The notes under the pieces: model-generated | The model's input: the letters and a program-made list of their open reading frames with translations, nothing else | The model's database searches: none | Told to the model about the DNA's origin: nothing | Translations under genes and position numbers: made by a program | Shown: positions 1-8,611 of the stretch, piece after piece | How the letters are laid out: the number at the start of each line of letters is the position of its first letter | Numbering within the stretch: position 1 is the first letter of the stretch | Origin: Alphaproteobacteria bacterium | Lineage (GTDB): Bacteria > Pseudomonadota > Alphaproteobacteria > G963923945 | DNA: 64,000 bases | NCBI GenBank assembly: GCA_963923945.1 | Contig: OZ000551.1 | Span: 136,704 to 200,703 of the forward strand | Direction: 5' to 3'

Positions 1-743
1 GGGATCGTCTGATTGCCGCGGCGGTCTGTGATGAAAGTCATGATGTTTTGCTTTCGGCGCGTGAGGGAAAATGTGTGCGTTTTCCGATTGAGGATCTGCG
101 GGTGTTTTCCGGACGCAATTCGATGGGGGTGCGGGGAATGCTCTTGAAACCCGGTGATGAGGTGATCTCTATGAGCATTCTGCGCCATGCCGAATTCGCG
201 GTTGAGGAACGCAATGCCTATCTACGTATGGCCCGTAGCCATGCTGCGGATGCTGACGATATGACGGATAATCAAAAAGCCGATGATGGTGCCAAGACGG
301 ATCAAGAGCTTGATGAAGCGCGGCGGGCTGAACTGGCGGCCCAGGAGGAATTCATCCTCACCATCAGTGATCGTGGATATGGCAAACGGACCTCAGCTTA
401 TGAGTATCGGGTGATGCGCCGGGGTGGGCAGGGGATTGCCAATATGACGTTGACCAAACGCAACGGCTCGGCGATGGCTGCGGCCTTCCCGGTTGAAGCG
501 GATGATCAGATTGTCTTGGTGACCGATGGCGGCAAGCTCATTCGGTGCCCGATTGCCGATGTTTCGGTGATTGGTCGCTCTGGCCAGGGGGTGCGCCTGT
601 TTGATGTGGCCGAAGATGAAAAAGTGGTCTCGGTGACAAGGCTGGCCGAAGTCTCCGGCTCGGATGCGGATGCGGACTCAGAACCGGAGAGCTTAGATTC
701 GGATTCGGTTAAACCGAACCCCGCTATCTTGGGGGACCCGTAG
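1..743 (+). CDS. gyrA: DNA gyrase subunit A, C-terminal part (5' end lies outside the window)
   Basis: Frame 3 is open from nt 3. The translation has GyrA C-terminal beta-pinwheel-type blades (GVRGM, GYGKRTSAYEYR..RRGGQG, GQGVRLFDV) and then an acidic tail. Stop TAG is at 741-743. Confidence 0.85.
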   Translation, partial: DRLIAAAVCDESHDVLLSAREGKCVRFPIEDLRVFSGRNSMGVRGMLLKPGDEVISMSILRHAEFAVEERNAYLRMARSHAADADDMTDNQKADDGAKTDQELDEARRAELAAQEEFILTISDRGYGKRTSAYEYRVMRRGGQGIANMTLTKRNGSAMAAAFPVEADDQIVLVTDGGKLIRCPIADVSVIGRSGQGVRLFDVAEDEKVVSVTRLAEVSGSDADADSEPESLDSDSVKPNPAILGDP

Positions 744-945
744 GGGGGGTACTGCCATCTCATCCCGCTATCCCCCCGCTATCTTGGGGGACCCGTAGGG
801 GGGGCACCCCCAAGATAGCCATTTATAAAGAGGACCCGTAGGGGGGGCACCCCCAAGATAGCCATTTATAAAGAGGACCCGTAGGGGGGGCACCCCCAAA
901 ACGGTATTAAAAAGAAAGCGGCACCCCCAAGATAGCCATTCAACC
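723..945. repeat. REP-like palindromic element array (43-bp period, about 3 full and 2 partial copies)
   Basis: The core is TTGGGGGACCCGTAGGGGGGGCACCCCCAA. A perfect 13-bp inverted repeat GCTATCTTGGGGG / CCCCCAAGATAGC lies at 778-790 / 807-819. Unit starts are at 791, 834 and 877, with partial copies at 723-750 and 919-945. Confidence 0.9.
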
Positions 946-1078
946 AAGAGCAGGGGGCCGAAACAGGATAAGGGCTGAAACAGGGGATTGTTCCACCGGC
1001 GGGAACCGGATTAAAAAAGATCAAGAAATCAAAGCAAGGAAAGAGCTGAAACAGAATAAAAGCTTATATAATAAAGCG

Positions 1079-1477
1079 TTATGTATCCTTTTGGTTGTTG
1101 TTTTTATCGTCTTGACCAAACAACAAACGGCCGACCAACAAACCCAGCACCGCCCCGCCAATCAAGGCCAAACCCTGTGAGCCTTTGGACTGGACTTCTT
1201 TAATCGAATCATAATGGACAATATATCCCTGGTCTCTCAAGGAATGGGCGATGGTGTCAGCTTTCAACAATATTTCATTGGCTTCCAAACCGAACATTTC
1301 TCCAATCTTTTGGAGCTGCCGAATATTCAGGATTGTATTGCCGCTTTCAATCCGCGACCATGACGAGGGGTTGATCGCCATTTTTTGGGCTATATCGGCC
1401 TGGTCCATTCCCTTGTTTTTCCGCAATTCTTTGAGCATTTGGCCGAGGATGGCTTGATATGTGGTTTCCGGCTGCAT
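1079..1477 (-). CDS. XRE-family helix-turn-helix regulator with a C-terminal transmembrane segment
   Basis: The N-terminal HTH reads LKELRKNKGMDQADIAQKMAINPSSWSRIESGNT. A hydrophobic helix GLALIGGAVLGLLVGRLLFG lies near the C-terminus. An AAGGA Shine-Dalgarno sequence precedes the ATG. Confidence 0.75.
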   Translation of the reverse strand: MQPETTYQAILGQMLKELRKNKGMDQADIAQKMAINPSSWSRIESGNTILNIRQLQKIGEMFGLEANEILLKADTIAHSLRDQGYIVHYDSIKEVQSKGSQGLALIGGAVLGLLVGRLLFGQDDKNNNQKDT

Positions 1478-1621
1478 TTTTTCCTTTGATATGGATCAAT
1501 ATCTGCGCAATATTGCATTTAACGCATTTATAATCATTTCTGCACTTAATGTTTTTATAAAGACCGTGCATTTTCATGCAAATATATATGATGATGCATA
1601 TGTAATAAACTTTAAAATAGA

Positions 1622-1688
1622 GGAAAAACACAATAGGAAAAACACAATGGGAAAAATACAATGGGAAAAATACAATGGGAAAATCATC
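1622..1688. repeat. 14-bp tandem repeat, about 4.5 copies (GGAAAAAYACAATR)
   Basis: Read directly from the sequence. It lies about 150-210 bp upstream of the XRE gene start on the minus strand. Confidence 0.9.
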
Positions 1689-2018
1689 TGGACTGCCCAA
1701 TGCACTCAGCCAAACTGGCAACCCCTCTGGGGGCGGTCGGAGTAACAATCCACCCAGTGGCAAATAGATTATCCGGGTTTTTGACAGAATGTCATAAAAG
1801 GGTACTTTAGAAATAGAGCACCCTTTTATGATTGTGCTCCCCCATATATTTTTTTATTGATCACGTTCCGGTTCGTCATGGGGCTAGAGGATTGAAGGGG
1901 GTGCCTTTGTCGGCGATTGTCTATGTTTGGTTGCTCATATTTGATTATACGTGCTCTATTTTCATATAAGATTGATCCTCTTTAAGATTTTTGGCCAGAA
2001 ATTTTTCAAGGAACAGTA

Positions 2019-2561
2019 ATGCCGCATACGTCGTCATCGGCCCGGGTTCACACGGCGGTCTATCCGGGGACATTTGATCCGGTGACATTGGGTCACCTGG
2101 ATATCATCCAACGGGCCACCCATTTCGTTGATCGCCTGGTGGTTGGGGTTGCCACCAATCCCGGCAAGCAACCGCTGTTTTCTCTTGATGATCGAGTGGC
2201 CATGCTGGAGGAGGAGGTGGCCAAGCTGGAATTCACAGCCAGTGTTGGCCGTCATGCGAGCGTGGAAATCAAGCCTTTTGACTCATTATTGGTTGATCTG
2301 GTTAAAAATGTTCAGGCATCGGTCATTGTCCGGGGGCTGCGGGCGGTATCGGATTTTGAATATGAATTCACTATGGCCGGGATGAATGCCCGCCTGGATC
2401 CAACCGTGGAGACGGTTTTTCTGATGGCCGATCAAGCCCATCAATTCACCGCATCCGGCCTGGTTAAGGAAGTGGCGCGGCTGGGGGGGATGGTTGATGA
2501 ATTCGTCCCATCTGGGGTCGCGCGTCGATTGCAAGAGCGCCTACATAATCAAGCGTCTTGA
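2019..2561 (+). CDS. coaD: Phosphopantetheine adenylyltransferase
   Basis: It carries the nucleotidyltransferase motif AVYPGTFDPVTLGHLDII, and its length of 180 aa is typical of CoaD. Confidence 0.9.
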   Translation: MPHTSSSARVHTAVYPGTFDPVTLGHLDIIQRATHFVDRLVVGVATNPGKQPLFSLDDRVAMLEEEVAKLEFTASVGRHASVEIKPFDSLLVDLVKNVQASVIVRGLRAVSDFEYEFTMAGMNARLDPTVETVFLMADQAHQFTASGLVKEVARLGGMVDEFVPSGVARRLQERLHNQAS

Positions 2562-2775
2562 AGATATGCCGTCTCGAAGACGCGTAACCTATGGGGCTGA
2601 ATAGTGCTGTGATGGCGGCGGTTTTGGGGATGATCTCGGCAACACTTTTATATAATCCCGCATATAAAACCTCGAGAATGAACGTCTTAAAAAAACACTC
2701 TTGATAACACTCTTGACGTGATCCTAATGGGGTTGTTTATGGTGACTGTTGTTGTTTCATTATCTCATCGTCGTT

Positions 2776-3363
2776 ATGAAAGGGGATATTGTGAAAAAAT
2801 TTATTGCTCGGTTTCTGGCCATCATTGGTCTTTCGATTGGGGTTCCGGCTGAAGTTCCGGCCCAGGGGGATGATCATGCGGATTTGGAAAATACCCTTTA
2901 TATGGATGTGAATGGGGGCCGGGTGGTGATCAAGATGCGCCCTGATTTGGCTCCGCAACATGTGGCCCGAATCAAGGAATTAACCCGTCAAGGCTTTTAT
3001 GATGGCTTGACCTTCCATCGGGTCATCCCTGGTTTTGTTGCTCAAGGGGGGGACCCGGATGGCAATGGAACCGGTGGTTCGGGGCAAAATATCCCGGCGG
3101 AATTTTCTGATGCCAAGCATCAACGCGGCACTGTATCCATGGCCAGGGCGGCCGACCCGGATAGCGCGGATAGCCAGTTTTATATTTGCTATGATGATTT
3201 GCCGTCTTTGGATGGTCAATATACGGTTTGGGGTGAGGTGGTGAAAGGCATGTATTTGGTTGATCGCATTCGTCCCGGTAGCGGGGCCAATGGCATGGTT
3301 TTGGATAAACCGACGATTATCGAACGTATGCAGGTGGCCGCTGACGTTGAGGGATCAGGGTAA
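2776..3363 (+). CDS. Peptidyl-prolyl cis-trans isomerase, cyclophilin type, with a probable signal peptide
   Basis: It has the cyclophilin motifs FHRVIPGFVAQGGD and SQFYIC and a hydrophobic N-terminus FLAIIGLSIGVPA. The start may be 2749, 2776 or 2791. Confidence 0.85.
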   Translation: MKGDIVKKFIARFLAIIGLSIGVPAEVPAQGDDHADLENTLYMDVNGGRVVIKMRPDLAPQHVARIKELTRQGFYDGLTFHRVIPGFVAQGGDPDGNGTGGSGQNIPAEFSDAKHQRGTVSMARAADPDSADSQFYICYDDLPSLDGQYTVWGEVVKGMYLVDRIRPGSGANGMVLDKPTIIERMQVAADVEGSG

Positions 3364-3567
3364 AATGTTGCGGTGTCTTTAGAGAATGAACGCTTTAGAA
3401 GGATCAATAAATGACAACCACGAACATTTTTACGATTCGCTCAGAATGGGCCGCATTCAGCATAGACCGATTATCTTGAGGTTCATTTTACGGAACCTTA
3501 TATAAGTTCTATATCAAGCGGGACATGTTCTCGCCACTCTTCTGATCCGGTTGATTCGGTGATTTGG

Positions 3568-3643
3568 GGGCCCGTAGCTCAGTTGGTAGAGCACCTGACT
3601 TTTAATCAGGTTGTCACAGGTTCGATCCCTGTCGGGCTCACCA
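3568..3643 (+). tRNA. tRNA-Lys (anticodon UUU)
   Basis: A manual cloverleaf fits: acceptor GGGCCCG/CGGGCTC, anticodon stem CCTGA/TCAGG with loop CTTTTAA, T-arm ACAGG TTCGATC CCTGT, and an encoded CCA. Confidence 0.9.
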
Positions 3644-3780
3644 TTTTTAATAAATTTTTAATAAGTTGGTTGCAGTCTTTCACATGCATCGGGTCTACCT
3701 GATTATCGGTGCCTTGGTCTGGCGATATGGCACCTCTTACACCGAAAAAAATGCTTGAAAATCTCAATCTGGAGAGAAAA

Positions 3781-4749
3781 ATGCATAAAGTTTTATCGAT
3801 TGATGGTGGTGGCATACGCGGCGTGATCCCATCTTGCTTGTTAGCTCATATTGAAGAGGAAACAGATAAGCCGATTTCAGAATTATTTGATTTGATTGTC
3901 GGTACGTCGACTGGTGGCATTATCGCGGCGATGCTCACGGTCAAAAATGGCCGAGGAAGACCGAAATTTTCCGCCGCTGACGTTGTACAGCTTTACAGCG
4001 AACGCGGCAGGGAGATATTCCAACGATCCCTCTGGCGCGGTATTACGTTGGTGGGAGGAGCATTCGAGGAACTTTACGACCATAAACCGCTTGAGAGAAT
4101 TCTAAACGAATATCTTGAGGACAATTCTCTCACCGATTGCATTAAACCGGTTGTAATGACGAGCTATGATATCGAATCCCGTAAGCCATATTTTTTCAAA
4201 ACCAGCAAAGCGGCTGACCCTGACCGCAATCACTATCTCCGGGATGCCGTGCGGGCCACATCCGCTGCTCCTTCCTATTTCGAACCGGCAGAGATTTATA
4301 GTCTTGCGAGGAGCGAACCAACCCGACGCGTGCTTATTGATGGCGGCGTATTCGTCAACAACCCGGCAATGTGTGCTTATGTGGAGGCTGTTTCGTCCGG
4401 CAAGTCTTCAGATTCGATCCTTTTACTATCCCTTGGTACCGGGGTTACCAACCGGGAAATATTTTACGAAGACGCCAAAGATTGGGGCAAAATCGGTTGG
4501 ATGCGTCCTGTTATCGACATTATGATGGATGGTCAGGCCGATGCCACACACTACCATCTTGATCATCTCCTCTCTGGCGAAGGAGAAAACCAGCGATATT
4601 TTCGTTTTGATATTGACCTCAAAGGGGTGTTGGATGATCTTGATGCGGCGCATGCTGGAAATATCAACAATCTGAAAGAAAAGGCCAATCAGATTATTGA
4701 GACAAAGAACGGTGAACTGAGGCGTCTTATACAAGCATTGACCGCTTGA
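3781..4749 (+). CDS. Patatin-like phospholipase
   Basis: It has the oxyanion motif DGGGIRG, the nucleophile elbow GTSTGG and the catalytic Asp motif DGGVF. A GGAGAG Shine-Dalgarno sequence precedes the ATG at 3781, although the ORF is open from 3709. Confidence 0.85.
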   Translation: MHKVLSIDGGGIRGVIPSCLLAHIEEETDKPISELFDLIVGTSTGGIIAAMLTVKNGRGRPKFSAADVVQLYSERGREIFQRSLWRGITLVGGAFEELYDHKPLERILNEYLEDNSLTDCIKPVVMTSYDIESRKPYFFKTSKAADPDRNHYLRDAVRATSAAPSYFEPAEIYSLARSEPTRRVLIDGGVFVNNPAMCAYVEAVSSGKSSDSILLLSLGTGVTNREIFYEDAKDWGKIGWMRPVIDIMMDGQADATHYHLDHLLSGEGENQRYFRFDIDLKGVLDDLDAAHAGNINNLKEKANQIIETKNGELRRLIQALTA

Positions 4750-4945
4750 ATTTAAAAAGGCGGGCCGAAAATGCCGTTACATTGACAATTCATAATCTCT
4801 TGCGAGATTAAAACTAAATGATCAAGGGTTCTGGCTACTTCGTAGCAGTTCAGAAATGGCGACCTTTCTTATCATGAGATAAAGTAGGCCATAACCCAAC
4901 ATCCGAGCGCAAATGCAGAGTAAGAGGCGAAACCGAAAAAAACAC

Positions 4946-5386
4946 TCAATTTGTGGTTTTTATCCGCAGCGGGTTGGGTTTCTTCATATATTTTTTATGT
5001 GCTTGATTGATTTTGTTTTTGAGGATTTTCGCTTTTGCTAACCGATTGTCCTCCCCGCAATCTTGATAATATTTAACATATGCACCCCAGAGTCCTTCCC
5101 AATAAGACGCCATACAAATTATATTACGCTGAGCATAATAACCACAAAGAGCGGCACAAATGAGTCCGGTGACATAACACATCCCAGAAATGATCAGGGA
5201 CCCACCGGACAGCAGTTCATGTTTATTGAAGGCGACCAGAAAAGCCGGAAACGTAAATAAAGCCCCCGCATTGATCAAAAGCCCCGCCCGCATGATAGAT
5301 AGCCCTGTATTATGGGCCATGTTGTGACATTGTCTGGCGGCCTGGACAAAAACATCCAAGCGATGCTGTTCCAATATTTTGAGCAT
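4946..5386 (-). CDS. Small integral membrane protein of unknown function
   Basis: A strong AGGAGG lies 7 nt upstream of the ATG at 5386. There are about three hydrophobic helices (LLINAGALFTFPAFLVAF, LIISGMCYVTGLICAALCGYY). I recognise no family. Confidence 0.5.
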   Translation of the reverse strand: MLKILEQHRLDVFVQAARQCHNMAHNTGLSIMRAGLLINAGALFTFPAFLVAFNKHELLSGGSLIISGMCYVTGLICAALCGYYAQRNIICMASYWEGLWGAYVKYYQDCGEDNRLAKAKILKNKINQAHKKYMKKPNPLRIKTTN

Positions 5387-5513
5387 GTCGATTCCTCCTA
5401 GATGGGCCTGATTGACGGCGGTATGAGCTTTGATTTTTTGCTCAGCACCATGATCTATACGCCGGTCTCTATTCTGCTCTGTACGCGGTGACAAGGACCG
5501 GCTAATAAAGGGT

Positions 5514-6284
5514 ATGGCGTCTCAATCAAACCATTCTCAGTCGAGCAAGAAGGGCCGGTCGTCACCGATTACGGCCCGTATCCGGCGGTGTTTCATCACC
5601 GGGATTTTGGTTACCGCCCCGGTGGGGATCACATTTTACGCCGCGTGGCTTTTCGTATCCTTTGTTGACGCCAAAGTCACGCCATTCATCCCAAAATCTT
5701 ACAATCCCTCAAGTTATTTGCCCTTCGATCTGCCGGGGGTGGGTCTGGTGGTGTTGCTGATTTTTTTGGTCCTGGTGGGTTGGATTGCTGCCGGTGTCGG
5801 GGGGCGGTATCTGGTCCATTTGGGGGAACGTATGTTGCGCCGGATGCCGGTCATCCGCACGATTTATGGCGCGGTTAAACAAATTTTTGAAACTGTTTTC
5901 ACTTCGCAATCGCAAGCCTTTCGTGAGGTTGTGCTGTTTGAATATCCCCGGCGCGGCTGCTGGGCCATCGGTTTTATCACCGGCAAAACCAAAGGAGAGG
6001 TGCAAAATGTCACCGCCGATGCGGTGGTGAATGTCTTTTTACCGACCACCCCCAACCCCACCTCCGGTTATTTGCTGTTTCTGCCGGTCAAAGAGTTGAT
6101 CCCTCTCAATATGACGGTTGAAGAGGGGATCAAGATGATCATCTCTGGTGGGATTATTACCCCGCCGGATCGCCGGACTCCGGCCAAAGATCGGAAAATT
6201 CCCAAGATTGCTCCGGCCAAGGGCGATCAACCGACCATTCCTTATCGGGGCCGGAAGGCCAAAACCCCTCAATCATCCTCTTGA
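5514..6284 (+). CDS. DUF502-family membrane protein
   Basis: Two N-terminal TM helices and the conserved PVIRTIYGAVKQI segment are typical of DUF502. The family assignment is from memory. Confidence 0.65.
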   Translation: MASQSNHSQSSKKGRSSPITARIRRCFITGILVTAPVGITFYAAWLFVSFVDAKVTPFIPKSYNPSSYLPFDLPGVGLVVLLIFLVLVGWIAAGVGGRYLVHLGERMLRRMPVIRTIYGAVKQIFETVFTSQSQAFREVVLFEYPRRGCWAIGFITGKTKGEVQNVTADAVVNVFLPTTPNPTSGYLLFLPVKELIPLNMTVEEGIKMIISGGIITPPDRRTPAKDRKIPKIAPAKGDQPTIPYRGRKAKTPQSSS

Positions 6285-6322
6285 TTGTTATCGGATACGT
6301 TGCTCTCAGGAGATGATGATTC

Positions 6323-7627
6323 ATGAAAATTGCCGTCATTGGGGCGGGTATCTCCGGCTTGGGAGCCGCCTATCTGTTGTCGCAACGCCATCAAGTGACA
6401 GTATATGAACAAGCGGCCACCCCCGGCGGCCATAGTCGTACGATTGATATCTGCCCTGATAAAGATCGTTATGATCAAGATCATCAAGATATGATCCCGG
6501 TCGATACCGGTTTTATTGTTTTCAATGACCGCACCTACCCCAATCTGATCGGGCTGTTTGAAGAACTCAAAATCCCCACTGAAAAGAGCAAGATGTCTTT
6601 TGGGGTCAGTCTTGATGAGGGGTGGCTGGAATATGGTTCCGGCCATCTGTTTGCTCAACGCAAGAATATCTGGCGTCCGGCTTTTTGGCGGATGCTGTTT
6701 GATATTCTGCGGTTTAATCGCCAAGCGGCCGCTTTTGTGGCCCGCAATCCGGATCTGACACTCGGGGATTATCTGGATCGTCTCGGTGTCGGGAGATGGT
6801 TTCGGGAATATTATCTGGTGGCGATGGGGGCGGCCATTTGGAGCAGCCCAACCACCGCCATCACCCAATTTCCGGCCCGAACATTCATTGAATTTTTTCA
6901 TAATCATGGTCTGTTGACCATCAATCGGCACCCGCAATGGTATACGGTTTCCGGTGGCAGCCGGGTTTATGTTGAGCGCATCATCGATATCCTTGGCCGT
7001 CGCGATGGTTGTATCAAGCTCCAATGCCGGGTTGAGCGGGTTTCAGCCAAAGAGGGCACAGTCACCATCCAAGATCATCAGGGTCACCGAGATGTTTTTG
7101 ATCAGGTTGTTTTGGCTTGTCACGCCGATCAAGCCCTCAGCATGGTCACCAACCCAACCGCGCAAGAGAAAAAAATCCTGGGTTGCTTTGGTTATCGAGA
7201 CAACACAATGATTGTCCATCAAGATCCTTCTTTTATGCCGAAAAATAAAAAATGCTGGTCAAGCTGGGTTTACTTGGCGCATAGACAAAGGGCAGGCCAA
7301 GACCAGCAGACCATCTCTCTCAGCTATTGGATGAATAATTTGCAAAACCTTGATACAGATCAGCCGGTACTGGTGACTCTCAACCCTCATCGGCGTCCCC
7401 GGGCTGCGTGCATTTTGGATGAGCATGTTTTTTCCCATCCGCTGTTTGATTTTCCAGCCATCAGAGCCCAGAAAGATATGACCACCATCCAGGGAAAACG
7501 GGGTTTGTGGTTTTGTGGTGCCTATCAAGGCTATGGCTTCCACGAAGATGGTCTGCTCAGCGCCATTCGGGTTTCTCAATCCCTGGGGGTCTGGGTGCCT
7601 TGGCGATCCGGATCAAAAGGGGGATAG
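6323..7627 (+). CDS. NAD(P)/FAD-dependent oxidoreductase (amine-oxidase / phytoene-desaturase-like fold)
   Basis: It has an N-terminal dinucleotide-binding motif KIAVIGAGISGLGAAY. It is the first gene of a same-strand cluster with DUF1365 and a CFA-synthase-like gene. Confidence 0.8.
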   Translation: MKIAVIGAGISGLGAAYLLSQRHQVTVYEQAATPGGHSRTIDICPDKDRYDQDHQDMIPVDTGFIVFNDRTYPNLIGLFEELKIPTEKSKMSFGVSLDEGWLEYGSGHLFAQRKNIWRPAFWRMLFDILRFNRQAAAFVARNPDLTLGDYLDRLGVGRWFREYYLVAMGAAIWSSPTTAITQFPARTFIEFFHNHGLLTINRHPQWYTVSGGSRVYVERIIDILGRRDGCIKLQCRVERVSAKEGTVTIQDHQGHRDVFDQVVLACHADQALSMVTNPTAQEKKILGCFGYRDNTMIVHQDPSFMPKNKKCWSSWVYLAHRQRAGQDQQTISLSYWMNNLQNLDTDQPVLVTLNPHRRPRAACILDEHVFSHPLFDFPAIRAQKDMTTIQGKRGLWFCGAYQGYGFHEDGLLSAIRVSQSLGVWVPWRSGSKGG

Positions 7628-7632
7628 AGCCG

Positions 7633-8475
7633 ATGCAAATGGAAAAAATTCCTCCAGAAAAAATTCCTCCGGAAAAAATTACTCCGGAAAAAATTTCTTC
7701 GGCAAAAATTCTCTTTGGCCGGGTGGCTCACAAACGTCTTTTCCCCAAGGTCAACAGTTTTTGGTATCGGGTCTTTTATTTGGTCCTCCCGTTAAGCGCG
7801 CTGGACTCTCTTCCAGTAGCCCGCAATCGGTCGGCGGTGGTGAGTTTTTATGATCGGGATCATGGCCCGCGCAACGGTGATGGGTTGCAAGACTGGGCCC
7901 GTAAGCTGCTGGCTGATCATGGGGTGAGAGCGGCTGATGGCGAGATTATTTTGATCTCCATGCCGCGAATTTTTGGCTATGTTTTTAATCCGGTGAGCTT
8001 TTGGGTCTGTTGTGACCGGGCCGGGCGGCCACGTGCAGTCTTATGTGAGGTTGATAACACTTTCGGTGAGCACCATATTTATATTTGTGCCCATCACAAT
8101 CATCGCCCCATTCAACCGGGTGATATTTTGCAAGGGCAGAAAATTTTCCATGTTTCACCGATGCTTCAGCGTCAAGGATTTTACAGGTTTCGCTTTGATA
8201 CCGGTCGTTTTGACACTGAGGGTGACCCATTGGGTATTTGGATTGATTTTTACCCCGATGATCAGGGCAAGCAACTCACCACATCATTGACTGGAAATTT
8301 AGTTGACATGACTCCAGCTGTTCTGCGGCGCGCTTTCTGGCGGCATCCCCTATTGACGCTTAAGGTGATCTCTGCAATCCATTGGCAAGCGGTAAAGCTG
8401 TTGCTCAAAGGGGTGAAATACATCACCAAACCACAACAAAAAAAGCAAACTGTATCGACAACCAAAAATTTTTAA
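7633..8475 (+). CDS. DUF1365-family protein
   Basis: The body GRVAHKRLFPKVNSFWYRVFY..DHG..ISMPRIFGYVFNPVSFW is typical of DUF1365. An ATG at 7633 lies just after the upstream stop, and the ORF extension back to 7507 overlaps the previous gene. Confidence 0.7.
   Translation: MQMEKIPPEKIPPEKITPEKISSAKILFGRVAHKRLFPKVNSFWYRVFYLVLPLSALDSLPVARNRSAVVSFYDRDHGPRNGDGLQDWARKLLADHGVRAADGEIILISMPRIFGYVFNPVSFWVCCDRAGRPRAVLCEVDNTFGEHHIYICAHHNHRPIQPGDILQGQKIFHVSPMLQRQGFYRFRFDTGRFDTEGDPLGIWIDFYPDDQGKQLTTSLTGNLVDMTPAVLRRAFWRHPLLTLKVISAIHWQAVKLLLKGVKYITKPQQKKQTVSTTKNF
7642..7716 (+). repeat. In-frame 15-bp tandem repeat, 5 copies (GAAAAAATTCCTCCR), encoding EKIPP-type pentapeptides
   Basis: Read directly from the sequence. 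It lies at codons 4-28 of the DUF1365 gene. Confidence 0.9.
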
Positions 8476-8611
8476 CCTATTTAAAATTTATTCAGGGTTT
8501 TCAAAACGCTTACTCCATTGACTGTTTAATATCATGTTTGCCCTTTTAATGACGGTAAAACGACAATACTAATTTCACCCATTCAATCACCGACCCTATT
8601 TTATCATTTTC

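Noticed and set aside
784-813. I considered whether the G-runs of the REP core form a G-quadruplex.
   Set aside because: Each unit offers only about three usable G3 tracts, with the complementary C-runs adjacent. Duplex or hairpin formation is far more likely, and the idea cannot be tested from sequence alone.
723-945. I considered whether the regularly spaced palindromic repeats here and at 19150-19411 are CRISPR arrays.
   Set aside because: The segments between the palindromic cores are themselves repeated almost identically, so there are no unique spacers. The units are simple tandem repeats of 43 and 62 bp, and no cas genes are present in the window.
2551-2583. I considered a rho-independent terminator after coaD.
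   Set aside because: The apparent hairpin is imperfect and lacks a following T-run. The sequence reads better as a 16-bp direct duplication spanning the stop codon, and it is noted under the 3'-end duplication pattern.
3644-5513. I considered calling an integrative genomic island at tRNA-Lys.
   Set aside because: I found no integrase, excisionase or transposase, and no downstream direct repeat of the tRNA 3' end. Base composition is not obviously different from the flanks. I am not calling a mobile element.
6269-7024. Long antisense ORFs lie inside well-supported genes: 6269-7024, 14709-15047, 16117-16653, 12488-12961 and 33947-34291.
   Set aside because: They overlap genes with clear family motifs on the other strand or frame and have Arg/Pro/Gly-rich low-information translations. 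These are typical shadow ORFs.
7507-7632. I considered an upstream extension of the DUF1365 ORF that overlaps the oxidoreductase gene by ~120 nt.
   Set aside because: The extension has no family-like sequence. An ATG at 7633 lies immediately after the upstream stop, which is consistent with the tight packing of the cluster.
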